A stretch of DNA of 64,000 nucleotides from Minisyncoccota bacterium (GCA_028713005.1 JAQTPC010000002.1:36643-100642), one strand, 5' to 3'. Positions 50,501 through 59,819 are shown, counted from the stretch's first letter. Notes: a model not told the origin generated them from the sequence alone. Numbers and translations are program-made.

Positions 50501-50731
50501 ATCTTTGCGTCCGCGGACAGCCATGAAGAAGTCGACACCAATGATCGGTTTGATTTCTGCCTTCTTTGCTGCTTTAAAAAACTCGATAGCACCATAGAGG
50601 TTACCGGCATCAGTGAGAGCGAGCGCCTTCATACCAAACTCGACAGCCTTATCTACCAGTTCGTCCACTTTTGGGAGGGCGGAGAGGAGAGAGTAGTGTG
50701 AGTGGGTGTGGAGGTGGGAGAAGCGGGACAT
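47549..50731 (-). CDS. dnaE: DNA polymerase III alpha subunit
   Basis: 'MSRFSHLHTHSHYSLLSALPKVDELV' PHP domain, 'GLLKFDFLGLKNLT' and the fingers/palm motifs. The start was re-set to MSRF (ATG revcomp 50729..50731). Confidence 0.92.
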   Translation of the reverse strand: MSRFSHLHTHSHYSLLSALPKVDELVDKAVEFGMKALALTDAGNLYGAIEFFKAAKKAEIKPIIGVDFFMAVRGRKDMQAGIDNRRTRLVLLAMNETGYRNLVHLVTLSHLEGFYYKPRIDRELLEKYYEGLICISPSFSGDIVQALKGRNQDKAKEIAEWYKKVFGDRLYIEITHHPEMDGHEANMATLASFAKSQNIPIMAAHDVYYMVPDDRLARETLVRVNSHSDSSDRMSENDEDDFSFISGERAEELFRDMPEALENTAKIVDRCNFEMELGKWVFPAFIVESGRTPDDELKHLVYEGFPVRGLEQTPELVKRAEYELKVIRDKGYAPYFLVVADLLRFAKENGILSNIRGSVSGSLVTYLSGITNINPIEYEIPFERFLNPDRPSAPDIDMDYADDRRDEMIDYVRRKYGAEKVAQIGTFGTMAARGSVRDVARALGFPVATGDRISKMIPMGSQGFAMTIERALTETPDLKTMYDTEPDTRRIIDMAMKIEGCARHIGVHAAGVVIAPTALTDFTPLQFDPKGEGKIISQYDMYSIEEAGLLKFDFLGLKNLTIIADAIDRIKSIEGVTVDYDTIPVDDTKTFEMLARGETADLFQLNGDGMTRFLKDLKPTTIHDINAMVALYRPGPIGFIPDYIARKHDRSLIQYLDPMLEKILDKTYGILVYQDDLLMMAHLIAGYSWGEVDKFRKAVGKKIPEEMAKQKEKFIEGCISHSKWSPKKAKEVWKWIEPFAAYGFNKAHSVSYGRVAYITAYLKAHFPEIYLSAVLSSESGEVEKVAETIEECKRMEIPVLPPDVNESFSQFTVIKDGEKSRIRFGLVTIKNFGQGIATTIIDERKKNGPFTSLSSFLERIKDRNLNKKSLESLIKAGALDCFGEDRAVLLGNLDLLLAYNKESGAGHSDQTSLFGMMSDSASVPALKLLPVPPIDMKDRLAWEKELLGLYLSGHPLEKYRDAITKSDINIKKALDTKKDGDAVVVAVIVTAIRPIQTKKNETMAFMTVADFSGSAEVVVFPRSYKEFAAHLVIDKCLAIKATVNSRNDEKGFILERVKVL

Positions 50732-50875
50732 GGGGGAAGTATAGCAAAATTTACGGAGCTTAATTACTTGACGATACGTGATGTAAGATGGTAAAAACAA
50801 GCTAGTGCGAGCGCTGTGACGAGCCTATGCTCGGTAGAATAATACGCGAATACGTATCATCCCTGTGATGACGGT

Positions 50876-50940
50876 TCTCGGCCTATCAGTTAGTTGGCGG
50901 GGTAAAAGCCCACCAAGACTACGACGGGTAGCTGGTCTTA
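50876..50940 (+). other. 16S rRNA-like fragment (similar to the helix 11-12 region)
   Basis: TCTCGGCCTATCAGTTAGTTGGCGGGGTAAAAGCCCACCAAGACTACGACGGGTAGCTGGTCT compared with bacterial 16S '...GCCTATCAGCTTGTTGGTGGGGTAA.GGC.CACCAAGGCGACGACGGGTAGCCGGCCTGAGAGG', recalled from memory. Confidence 0.3.
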
Positions 50941-50979
50941 GATGCAGACTGGTCAAATACAGCATAATCGACATGCACT

Positions 50980-51025
50980 AACCCTACCCGCAAAATTCTA
51001 GATAGCGGGTAGGGTTTCTTATTTG
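50980..51025 (+). terminator. terminator-like hairpin in the dnaE-rnhB divergent spacer
   Basis: AACCCTACCCGC-N13-GCGGGTAGGGTT followed by TCTTATTTG. Confidence 0.35.
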
Positions 51026-51059
51026 TATATGTGTTGTATTATGGCTTTATTATCCAGAT

Positions 51060-51686
51060 ATGAGTTTTTCCAAACCCCAATTCCTCATTGGCATAGATGA
51101 AGTCGGTCGTGGTCCTATCGCTGGACCGGTGGCAGTTGCTGCTTTTTGTATTCCGATTAAAAACCTCATAAAAGTTCGTCGAATTTTCAAAGGTGTCAAA
51201 GAATCAAAACAATTATCTGAACAACAGCGTGAAGGATGGTTTGGCATCATTCAGCAAAGTAAAAAGCTTCGATTAGTGGATTTTGCTGTCACGTTTCAAA
51301 GCGAGAAGGTTATAGATACAAAAAGGTTGTCATTTGCGATCAAGAATGCACTCAAGATTTCATTAAATAAAGTTGTGGCTAATTCAGCTCGTAAGAAATT
51401 AAAAGTCCGTTCAGACTCATTTCAAATTCTTCTCGACGGTGGTCTGAAAGCGCCCATAGAATTCACCAATCAAAAAACGATCATTAAAGGTGATGAAAAG
51501 GAATTGGTTATTGCACTTGCCTCTATTTGTGCAAAAGTACTTCGTGATAGAAAGATGAACCTCTTGGCGAAAAAATATCCTCAATATGGATTTGAGAAAC
51601 ATAAGGGATATGGGACTCGTGCTCATTATGCAGCTATCAAAAAATACGGCATCCTCGCACTTCATAGAAAATCTTTTCTAAACTAA
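51060..51686 (+). CDS. rnhB: ribonuclease HII
   Basis: 'LIGIDEVGRGPIAGPVAVAA' is the RNase HII active-site start. 208 aa. Confidence 0.85.
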   Translation: MSFSKPQFLIGIDEVGRGPIAGPVAVAAFCIPIKNLIKVRRIFKGVKESKQLSEQQREGWFGIIQQSKKLRLVDFAVTFQSEKVIDTKRLSFAIKNALKISLNKVVANSARKKLKVRSDSFQILLDGGLKAPIEFTNQKTIIKGDEKELVIALASICAKVLRDRKMNLLAKKYPQYGFEKHKGYGTRAHYAAIKKYGILALHRKSFLN

Positions 51687-52162
51687 ATAACAAATACCAA
51701 GAAGATTATAAGAAAGACGATTGCCAAAATAATATTTATAACTATTCCTGTTACTGTTCCAAAAACTCCAACGGTCGCTGCTTTGATAGCGTGAGTATGA
51801 CTTTGTTTGCGTATCAATTCGCCGATAGTGATACCGATGAATAAGCCGACAAATCCGCCGAATAATGGAAAGATGATAGTACCGATGATTGCACCTGCTA
51901 TGCCATAGAGAAATGTTTTACCACGTGCACCGCCATAGTGTGCACCGAGTATACCGGCGAGCTGGTCGATGATTACAGAACAAATAGCTATGATGCCGAG
52001 GACGAGGAGCTCCTTTGTGCTGAGACGGGTGAAATGATCGATGAAGCCATAGATAAGTGCGATGATAAAGAGATAGGGTATACCGGGCAGCATAAAGGCA
52101 ATCGAGACGATGCCAGGAAGCATGAGCAAGGCGGCGATGATGATGAGGGTTGTGGTGATCAT
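51683..52162 (-). CDS. DUF456-like small membrane protein (4 TM helices)
   Basis: Hydrophobic '...LPGIPYLFIIALIYGFIDHF...'. The start was re-set to MITTT. Confidence 0.4.
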   Translation of the reverse strand: MITTTLIIIAALLMLPGIVSIAFMLPGIPYLFIIALIYGFIDHFTRLSTKELLVLGIIAICSVIIDQLAGILGAHYGGARGKTFLYGIAGAIIGTIIFPLFGGFVGLFIGITIGELIRKQSHTHAIKAATVGVFGTVTGIVINIILAIVFLIIFLVFVI

Positions 52163-52330
52163 GGGATTAATTATAGCAGAACGGAATCTTGCTTTGGCTA
52201 TGGTGAATCTCGCCCTACGGGCACAGTACAGGTCTCGTATTTTCTCAGAGCATAGCTCCTCGAAAATATACTCGACCTTTTCGATTCCCACCCGTGAGTC
52301 GCGCAGGCGACTCACTCCCGGTCCATTCAA

Positions 52331-52357
52331 AAATCTGCATTAAGCAGATTTTTTCAT
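52331..52357. terminator. bidirectional terminator hairpin downstream of the tRNA pair
   Basis: AAATCTGC-ATTA-AGCAGATTT followed by TTTT. Confidence 0.4.
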
Positions 52358-52358
52358 G

Positions 52359-52443
52359 TGCCCGGGGTGGGAATCGAACCCACACGGTCTTGCGACCACA
52401 AAATTTTAAGTCTTGCGTGTATAACCAATTTCACCACCCGGGC
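52359..52443 (-). tRNA. tRNA-Leu (anticodon UAA), 85 nt with a long variable arm. No CCA is encoded.
   Basis: Hand-folded. Acceptor GCCCGGG/CCCGGGC, anticodon loop CTTAAAA, T-loop GGTTCGATTCC. Confidence 0.8.
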
Positions 52444-52509
52444 GGATGTATTCAATAGTTTACAGCTAAAAGTGTAAAGTGCAAATTAGATGTGAGCTAC
52501 TGAATTTTG

Positions 52510-52584
52510 TGGAGGCCACGGGGAGAATCGAACTCCCGCATATTCCTTTTGCAGAGGAACGAATTACCACTTTTCTACGTGGCC
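52510..52584 (-). tRNA. tRNA-Cys (anticodon GCA), with encoded CCA
   Basis: Hand-folded. Acceptor GGCCACG/CGTGGCC, anticodon arm TTCCT-CTGCAAA-AGGAA, T-arm GGGAG-TTCGATT-CTCCC. Confidence 0.8.
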
Positions 52585-52634
52585 GTGCGAACACTCTATC
52601 ATTTTATAGAGGAATCGTCTAACGCTATTTGATG

Positions 52635-52970
52635 CTACTTATTCTCAACTTGGCGCTCAATCTCATCGATACGTTGTCTGTTTTTCTCGCCAACATCGAT
52701 AGCGACTTCAAAGAAAGGTACACGCATCATACGCGCATGTTCTTGAACATATTCACGAAAATCACGTAAACGACGAGTAAAGAAATCCAGCGCAGCTTGT
52801 TCTTGATTTTCAGGAAGGACGGTAAAGAGTATTTTTGCTTTTGACGCTCGTGAGAAAAGCTCAACACTCGTGATGGTGATAAGGGAAGTACGGTTTGATT
52901 CGCGCATGAGAAATTCACTCGCAAGCTCGCGAAGTATCTCTTTTGTTCGGTTTTCAGTTTGATCAGACAT
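52635..52970 (-). CDS. rbfA: ribosome-binding factor A
   Basis: 111 aa. The pattern '...ITITSVELFSRASKAKILFTVL...' fits RbfA. It lies immediately downstream of infB, the conserved infB-rbfA arrangement. Confidence 0.75.
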   Translation of the reverse strand: MSDQTENRTKEILRELASEFLMRESNRTSLITITSVELFSRASKAKILFTVLPENQEQAALDFFTRRLRDFREYVQEHARMMRVPFFEVAIDVGEKNRQRIDEIERQVENK

Positions 52971-52998
52971 ATTCGTTTAATCTTTATCTTAATTATTT

Positions 52999-54555
52999 TT
53001 ATATTTTCTCGATGGTACGGACTGCTTCGATCTTGTCGCCAACGGCTATTTCCATCTTTGATTCAACCATCATGCCGCACTCAAAACCAATCGCTACTTC
53101 ATCTACTCGCTTCTTCTGACTCTGGAGCTCGCGGATCTTGCCACGACCGATCTCATTTTCACGACGGATGATACGGACTTCTGCTCCAGAAGCAAGAACA
53201 CCTTCCTGCACTTTACCGCCGATAACTTGGCGATCCTTCTCTTTTGAAAATACAGCGAGTATCTTTGCGCGACCAAGCATTTCTTCAATGTACTCTTTTG
53301 GAATCTTTGAAGTAAAGATGTCTTGAACATATTGAATAAGTTCGTAAATGATTTTGAAGTTTTTTACGTTTATTGGAGTAGCAGCACGCTCAATCATAGC
53401 TGCAGCTTTTTTGTCTGGATCAGCATTGAAGCCAATGATAATGATATGTGGATCACCGATAGCGATTTTGACATCGTTTTCATTTATCTCACCGAGACCT
53501 TCTGAAACGATCTTTAATTTCACTCTGTCGTGAGTGATTTTGATGAGCTCGTGCTTGATACCTTCGAGACTGCCGATGACGTCGGTTTTGATGATGACCG
53601 GAATAGTAACTACTTCCAAAGTGCCATCAGTTGGAATAGTGACAACAGGGACTTCCTCAGCTTTTGCTGCTTGAGACTTTATTTTCTCAGTACGTACGTA
53701 TTCTTCACTTATTTTCTCAGCCTCTTTTTTATTTGAAATAGTGACAAAGGGAAGTCCACAGGCAGGAATCTTGCTCCAACCGAGGATCATGACCGGCATG
53801 CCGGCTATACCACTCTCTATTTTTTCTCCTTTAAAGTTATTGATGAAACGGACAGGTGCGAACGCGTCTCCTGAAACAACGAATGTTCCTGTAGTAAGCG
53901 TACCGTTCTTAATAAGGAGCGTAGCTGATATACCTGAACGAGCACTGCGTTCTGTTTCGATGATGACACCGCCTGCAGGATCACTCGGGTTGCTCTTGAG
54001 ATCTGATATTTCAGTGACGAGCATAATCATATCGAGAAGGTCAGAGACACCAGTTCCTTTGAGAGCAGAAATCTCAACGCATGGTATGTCACCACCCCAA
54101 CCTTCGACATAGATTTCTTTTTCACCGAGACTTTCTTTTGTCTTATTTACATTCGCATTTGGCTTGTCGATCTTGTTTATAGCAACGATGAAGGGAATGT
54201 TTTGATCCTTAATATTTTTGTACGCTTCCATCGTTTGTGGTTTGACGCCATCTTCTGCTGAGACGACGAGGATGGCAACATCTGCTGCTTGAGCACCGCG
54301 TTCGCGGATAGAACAGAATGCTGCATGACCAGGTGTGTCGAGGAAGGTCAGCATACTCTTTTTTCCTTCTGCTGTTATATGCTCTACCTGATATGCGCCG
54401 ACGTGTTGAGTGATACCACCTGCTTCGCCAGCTACAATGTTCGACTTGCGGATATAGTCGAGGAGAGTGGACTTTCCATGGTCAATATGACCCATGATGA
54501 CTACCACAGGAGGGCGATTGGTCACATTTTGAGTTGTAGGGGTAGGTTTTGCCAT
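52999..54555 (-). CDS. infB: translation initiation factor IF-2 (minimal form, 518 aa)
   Basis: 'VVIMGHIDHGKSTLLDYIR' is G1, 'DTPGH' is G3 and 'NKIDK' is G4. The C-terminal beta-barrels are present. Confidence 0.9.
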   Translation of the reverse strand: MAKPTPTTQNVTNRPPVVVIMGHIDHGKSTLLDYIRKSNIVAGEAGGITQHVGAYQVEHITAEGKKSMLTFLDTPGHAAFCSIRERGAQAADVAILVVSAEDGVKPQTMEAYKNIKDQNIPFIVAINKIDKPNANVNKTKESLGEKEIYVEGWGGDIPCVEISALKGTGVSDLLDMIMLVTEISDLKSNPSDPAGGVIIETERSARSGISATLLIKNGTLTTGTFVVSGDAFAPVRFINNFKGEKIESGIAGMPVMILGWSKIPACGLPFVTISNKKEAEKISEEYVRTEKIKSQAAKAEEVPVVTIPTDGTLEVVTIPVIIKTDVIGSLEGIKHELIKITHDRVKLKIVSEGLGEINENDVKIAIGDPHIIIIGFNADPDKKAAAMIERAATPINVKNFKIIYELIQYVQDIFTSKIPKEYIEEMLGRAKILAVFSKEKDRQVIGGKVQEGVLASGAEVRIIRRENEIGRGKIRELQSQKKRVDEVAIGFECGMMVESKMEIAVGDKIEAVRTIEKI

Positions 54556-54725
54556 GGTATTGAAGAGAAACTGGGTGGGCCAAGAGGTGCGCGAGAGATG
54601 GCCTATACAGGTAAAAGAGTGTACCAGAATATGGCTTGTTTGACAATGTTTTTTCCGAGTGGTAATGTCGGGCTAAAGAGTGGTTAATGCAAACAACTAA
54701 ATAAAAAATTGAGAAAGATAAAATT

Positions 54726-55064
54726 ATGATTCGTATTGATATCTTCTATTCTGATAACGCTGGTGACCCCGTTCTCACTTTTGGGCAAGTTCAAGCCTTT
54801 TACGAAGCGCTGAAAAGTAAACCCCCGTTTGGAGGTTTTGATCAAAAGCTGAGCGTAAATATGATCAAGTGCGAGGCTCGCTTCGGCCAGCAAGCTAACG
54901 GCATTTCCGTCAATCTTAAAACAGTAGTCATGAAGAATTCACGAGAATTTGTCCTGATTTGGGTGATGGAGGCTTGTCGCTCGCACTTACTGGTCTCCTG
55001 CGGTGAAAAAAGACCGATCTATATTTATTACGCAAATACGCAACAGGAGGTCTGTCTCAATTGA
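54726..55064 (+). CDS. hypothetical protein
   Basis: 112-aa ORF. Confidence 0.3.
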   Translation: MIRIDIFYSDNAGDPVLTFGQVQAFYEALKSKPPFGGFDQKLSVNMIKCEARFGQQANGISVNLKTVVMKNSREFVLIWVMEACRSHLLVSCGEKRPIYIYYANTQQEVCLN

Positions 55065-55140
55065 TTTGGTTCTAACTTAAAGAAGGATGCCTAACCGCAC
55101 ACTTCTTTTTTATTTGACGGTGACGAAATTTTTCGTCACC

Positions 55141-55620
55141 CTATTTTAGTCCCTCCTTCGCCTTCTCCAACGCCTCACGTTCCTCATCTGACAACTCATA
55201 TTCAGACCCATGACCCTTTACTGGTTTTGAAAAGACACTGACATGTTCGCGCGAGTAGAGGCTTGAGACAACAACTCCATCGCCCTCTTCGGTGAGAAAT
55301 GCTGTTGCAAAACTTTGATTACCTCCGCCACCATTGCCTTTGAATGGATTGAAACGAACAGTGTGGACTGACTGCACACTCTTTTTGAGGCGCTTTTCTA
55401 CAGTAGCGAGATATCCCTCCAATTCTTTTTTAAATGATTGGAGCTCATTGAGATCAGATGAGACAGAAGTAAGTGAATCACCGATATGGTTTGAATCTAC
55501 ACCAACGAGGAATTTTTTGAGCTTAAGGTACATCATGATTACCAATACCAAAAGCACGATAGTGAAAAGAGAAAGAATAATAATGGCGATCCAGGTAGGG
55601 TTTGAAAGGATTGATTGCAT
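55141..55620 (-). CDS. hypothetical membrane-anchored protein
   Basis: N-terminal TM 'WIAIIILSLFTIVLLVLVIMMYL'. The start was re-set to an internal Met because the track ORF extends upstream. Confidence 0.4.
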   Translation of the reverse strand: MQSILSNPTWIAIIILSLFTIVLLVLVIMMYLKLKKFLVGVDSNHIGDSLTSVSSDLNELQSFKKELEGYLATVEKRLKKSVQSVHTVRFNPFKGNGGGGNQSFATAFLTEEGDGVVVSSLYSREHVSVFSKPVKGHGSEYELSDEEREALEKAKEGLK

Positions 55621-55978
55621 GAGGGGATTATAACATGCTAGTTTATTCTTTAAAGGATCTTTATGGCAAAAATAAAAACTATAAGAACTCGTCACTGGAC
55701 ACCTAGTCCACTTCGGTTTGGTTTGTCATTGGGGAATGTGTTTACTCCTCAAATCAACATGTCTCCCAGCAATCCATTTTTTGGTTTACCCACGAATGGT
55801 CACAATGGATATCATTTGATTGGTTCACGGGGACATTTACATCGCCCTAAACGCAGTTTATTCAATCGCAAGTTCGGCCAGAAATAATTTTCTTAGTTTC
55901 TCTTTCAATCGTCACACATTCTGTGGCGACTTTTTTTTATCTCGATAATGAGCTATATTACAACACATAGAAACCATT

Positions 55979-57160
55979 ATGTTCAAATCCCGTATATATC
56001 TCGATTACGCCTCACTGACCCCTATAGATCCTCGCGTCACTCGCGAGGTTAAAGCGTATTCGTCATTCTCATATGCCAACCCATCTTCACTCTACAAAGA
56101 AGGGGTGAATGCAAAGAAAGCTTTGGCAGAAGGACGTCAAAAAGTTGCTGACTACCTCCATGCTCATGCTGATGAGATCATTTTTACCAGCGGGGGCACT
56201 GAAGCAAATGCACTTGCCCTTGAAGGTGTCGGGCGCGCGGCAGTTCGTGCCGGTTTCGTAGATCCGATAAATAGTATCAAGCCGCACTATATTATTTCAT
56301 CAATCGAACATTCTTCTATCATCGAGACAGCGAACATGCTGGAAAAACATGGCTGTGAAGTGACGAGACTATCAGTCGACCAGAACGGCACCATCTCGCT
56401 CGATGAACTCAAAAAATCTATCAAGCCGAATACAGTCCTTGTTTCGATCATGATGGTCAACAATGAGATTGGTTCAATTCAACCTATAAAAGAGATTGCA
56501 AAAATTGTAAGAGATATGCGCAAATCCCGAGGCACTGATTCTAAGTATCCACTCCTGCACACTGACGCTGCGCAGGCTCTCTATGAAGAGATAAATATGC
56601 AAAATCTTGGTGTGGACCTTCTAACACTCGATGGAAGCAAAGTATATGGTCCACGTGGTATTGGTGCGTTGTATGTACGTAGAAATACACCAATCGAAGC
56701 GATTATTCTTGGTGGTGGACAAGAAAGTGGTTTGAGATCTGGTACAGAAAATATTCCCGGGATTATGGGGTTTGCGAAGGCGTTAGAATTAAAACAAAAG
56801 GAAAGAGGGAAAGAAGGAAAGAGTGAAAGTGAACGAGTTGCAAAACTACGCACATATTTTATTGATGAAATAAAGAAAGTTCGATCAGATATCAAGGTTA
56901 ATGGTGATTTAAGTAATTCAGCACCTCATATTGTAAACATCTCAATTCCTGGTATAGATAATGAATTTCTCTTATTTAAACTTGATGCAAAAGGCATAGC
57001 GTGCTCGACAAAAAGTTCATGTTTACGCGATGAAGATGAGTCATATGTTTTGAAATCAATTGGTGCAAATAGTGCCACGTCACTCCGCTTTTCATTTGGT
57101 CGTTGGACGACATTTGGCGACATAAAGAGGGCTATCAAGATAATCAGGCTTGCACTATAA
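55979..57160 (+). CDS. iscS: cysteine desulfurase (class V aminotransferase, IscS/NifS family)
   Basis: 'IIFTSGGTEANALALEG' and the PLP-lysine region 'LDGSKVYGPRGIGALYV'. Confidence 0.8.
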   Translation: MFKSRIYLDYASLTPIDPRVTREVKAYSSFSYANPSSLYKEGVNAKKALAEGRQKVADYLHAHADEIIFTSGGTEANALALEGVGRAAVRAGFVDPINSIKPHYIISSIEHSSIIETANMLEKHGCEVTRLSVDQNGTISLDELKKSIKPNTVLVSIMMVNNEIGSIQPIKEIAKIVRDMRKSRGTDSKYPLLHTDAAQALYEEINMQNLGVDLLTLDGSKVYGPRGIGALYVRRNTPIEAIILGGGQESGLRSGTENIPGIMGFAKALELKQKERGKEGKSESERVAKLRTYFIDEIKKVRSDIKVNGDLSNSAPHIVNISIPGIDNEFLLFKLDAKGIACSTKSSCLRDEDESYVLKSIGANSATSLRFSFGRWTTFGDIKRAIKIIRLAL

Positions 57161-57192
57161 GTCATATTCTGATACTATCCCTTTCTACACAT

Positions 57193-57555
57193 ATGCTTAT
57201 CATCAGATTACAGAGAACAGGCCGCAAGCACGAACCAACCTTCCGTGTTGTTTTGACTGATTCAAAGAACGGTCCAAAGAGTGGCAAGTACCTCAAGAAC
57301 CTTGGTTGGTACGATAGTCGCCTCAAGAACAAGGCTGATCAGCTCGATACAGAGGCTATCAAGAAGTGGGTTAAGGATGGTGCAAAGCTCTCAGATACTC
57401 TCCATAACTTCCTCGTTTCTCAGAAAGTTATCACTGGCAAGAAGGTTAATGTTCTCCCAAAGAAGACTCCTATAAAGAAAGATGTTCCGCCTGAGGCAGC
57501 AAAGCCTGCAGAAGCAGCACCAGCCCCCGCTCCAGAACCAGCTCCAGTTGCATAG
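57193..57555 (+). CDS. rpsP: 30S ribosomal protein S16 with an Ala/Pro-rich C-terminal extension
   Basis: 'MLIIRLQRTGRKHEPTFRVVLTDSKNGPKSGKYLKNLGWYD' compared with the canonical 'MVKIRLARHGAKKRPFYRIVV'. The start was re-set. Confidence 0.8.
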   Translation: MLIIRLQRTGRKHEPTFRVVLTDSKNGPKSGKYLKNLGWYDSRLKNKADQLDTEAIKKWVKDGAKLSDTLHNFLVSQKVITGKKVNVLPKKTPIKKDVPPEAAKPAEAAPAPAPEPAPVA

Positions 57556-57599
57556 TTTCAGAAAGGCGCTTAGGCGCTTTTTTGTTATACTGAGTTTAT

Positions 57600-58373
57600 A
57601 TGAATAAAGTATTTATACCGCGTATTGAATTTCAAGACTTTCCCTTAGAAAAAGAATCTGAGTTATTTGTATATTTTCTGAGTGAAAAAAGATGGATTTC
57701 GCTTTTTGAAAAAGTGTACCCGACATTGTGTGAGTCACTTAGGAATGTGAATGATAAAGAGCGCGCGACCCTTATTTGTAAAGATTTTATACGAACATTT
57801 AGAGAGTCAAATAAAGATACTATTCAAACATCAACAGCTCAGCTTCAGACAAAATGGAGTGTATTAAGTGTAGATTTTCTGAAGAATATAGCTGAGCATT
57901 TCCAAACTGACTGGCCAAGGGATAAAGAAGCTATTGCAGGATATATTTCAATTCTTCCTGTTTACCCACGTTTTTTGGATACATACTCATTTTGTGTGGG
58001 GTATAAAGACACCTCTGCTGCCATTGAAACTGTCGCTCATGAAATACTTCATTTTCTGTGGTTTAAGAAATGGAGTGAAGTTTTCCCGGAAGCATCTTCG
58101 AAAGAATTTGAATCACCGCATTTGGTTTGGAGATTGAGTGAGATTATGGATCCGATCATATTACAGTGTCATCCGATGATTAGAGAGTTGATTAAGCCGA
58201 AAAAGTGGGGATATTCATCATTTGCTTCGATTAAAATAGGTGGTGTAAGCATGACTGATCATTTTAAGAAATTATATCTAGATAGTGTCGGCGCAGGTGA
58301 TTCATTTGAAGGTTTTCTGGTAAAAGCACTGAAAGAGGCAGAAAAATATAAAGAGATTATCTCAACTTTTTAA
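57600..58373 (+). CDS. hypothetical protein with an HExxH motif (AHEILHF), a putative metal-dependent hydrolase
   Basis: 257-aa ORF. It is inserted between rpsP and the KH-domain gene. Confidence 0.35.
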   Translation: MNKVFIPRIEFQDFPLEKESELFVYFLSEKRWISLFEKVYPTLCESLRNVNDKERATLICKDFIRTFRESNKDTIQTSTAQLQTKWSVLSVDFLKNIAEHFQTDWPRDKEAIAGYISILPVYPRFLDTYSFCVGYKDTSAAIETVAHEILHFLWFKKWSEVFPEASSKEFESPHLVWRLSEIMDPIILQCHPMIRELIKPKKWGYSSFASIKIGGVSMTDHFKKLYLDSVGAGDSFEGFLVKALKEAEKYKEIISTF

Positions 58374-58470
58374 GTATTACTTTTTAACCTTGCGTCAAAT
58401 CATTCCTTTGCTAGAATAGTTATAGTACAGCGAACTGTACACCTTACAAATATAAGATAAGAAAGAATAT

Positions 58471-58821
58471 ATGAACGCAGACCAGCAGTTCCTCGAATAC
58501 GTCATCAAAGCATTAGTAGATGTTCCTGATCAGGTAAAGATCGTTCGCACAGTCGATGAGATGGGTGTTCTCCTCACTCTCGAAGTTGGCGCAGCAGATA
58601 TGGGCAAGATCATCGGTCGTCAGGGCAATACCGCAAAGTCTATCCGCACACTCCTCCGTGTTGTCGGTATGAAGAACAACAGTCGTGTGAACCTCAAGAT
58701 CAATGAGCCAGTCGGTGGTCTCAAGTCAGCAGAACGTATGGCAGCAGCGGCTCCAACATTGTCACCAACTCCTACCTCAAAGACTCTTGATGAGGCTATG
58801 GCAGATCTTAAGCTCGAGTAA
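58471..58821 (+). CDS. KH-domain RNA-binding protein (YlqC/UPF0109-like)
   Basis: 'DMGKIIGRQGNTAKSIRTLL' is the KH GXXG loop. This is its classic position between rpsP and trmD. Confidence 0.7.
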   Translation: MNADQQFLEYVIKALVDVPDQVKIVRTVDEMGVLLTLEVGAADMGKIIGRQGNTAKSIRTLLRVVGMKNNSRVNLKINEPVGGLKSAERMAAAAPTLSPTPTSKTLDEAMADLKLE

Positions 58822-59225
58822 ACTGCAAACGGAAATTAGAATAATCGCAACAGAAAGTCGGCTCAGTGCCGATTTTTTGTTTGGGTGAGAATATGATAAA
58901 ATGCTTCTCCACTGTTCTTTCGGTAGCCGTAATATATTTGTTTGAATGTCATCAAAAAGGAGGAATATGATACACAAAAAAGCGTTTCGTCTGTCACATA
59001 AATTGTTCTTTACTACACTCAGTAATGCACATTACGTTTTTCCACCGATCGTAAAGGCTCTGGTGAGATGGATGTGATCCATGAGTGAGTCGAATAGATA
59101 CAATCGCAACCTGTGCACAAATTTTGTGTACAGGTTTTTCTTAAACAGGGCCGATTTTCAAAAGAGTATATTTTACCCAAATAAAAATTGCATGAGGTAA
59201 GTCATGCAATTGCGTGTTCCCCGTC

Positions 59226-59819
59226 TCAATTTTTCGGGGCACTGTTTTCAACTTCGTTTGGTGGTTCGACAACTAAACTATGGGGTAAACGTTTAGCGAT
59301 TACTGCAGCATTTTGGACCACAATCTCAACTCTTGGGCTACCATCGCCACGAGTGCCCGTTTCGCAAAACTCATATGATGCCGGCTGAGCTATGAGCGGC
59401 TCAGTTGCATAATAGAGATTTGGGACCAGGATGTGGTCGAGTTCCTTGCAGGTGAATCTGCTTTTGAAGTAGAGGACAACTTCGGCGAGTGCACGTTCAA
59501 TCAATTCATTTTCAGCAACGCCACGACTAAAGCTAATGATAGGGCCTGGCTGTAACTTGCTTGCATCCCACTGGATTTCGTTAGTGATGCACAACTTTTC
59601 ATCTTCAAAACCAAGAATTTGTTTTTGGTCGTGTAGTCGTTCATTGACGATGTGATAGAGCACGGTTAACCCGTTTTCATTTTCAGTTTCGTCTTTTGAC
59701 TGCAAAGACGCCCTGACGAATTCCTTTTTTTCGTGGTCGCTGGAATCATTCCAGTGTTGGACAAAGATCGCTATGCAAAAACTGCCGAGCGCACTGATAG
59801 GAGTCATTGTTGGTGTCAT
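59226..59819 (-). CDS. hypothetical protein
   Basis: 197-aa ORF. It lies antisense within the rpsP-trmD neighbourhood. Confidence 0.35.
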   Translation of the reverse strand: MTPTMTPISALGSFCIAIFVQHWNDSSDHEKKEFVRASLQSKDETENENGLTVLYHIVNERLHDQKQILGFEDEKLCITNEIQWDASKLQPGPIISFSRGVAENELIERALAEVVLYFKSRFTCKELDHILVPNLYYATEPLIAQPASYEFCETGTRGDGSPRVEIVVQNAAVIAKRLPHSLVVEPPNEVENSAPKN

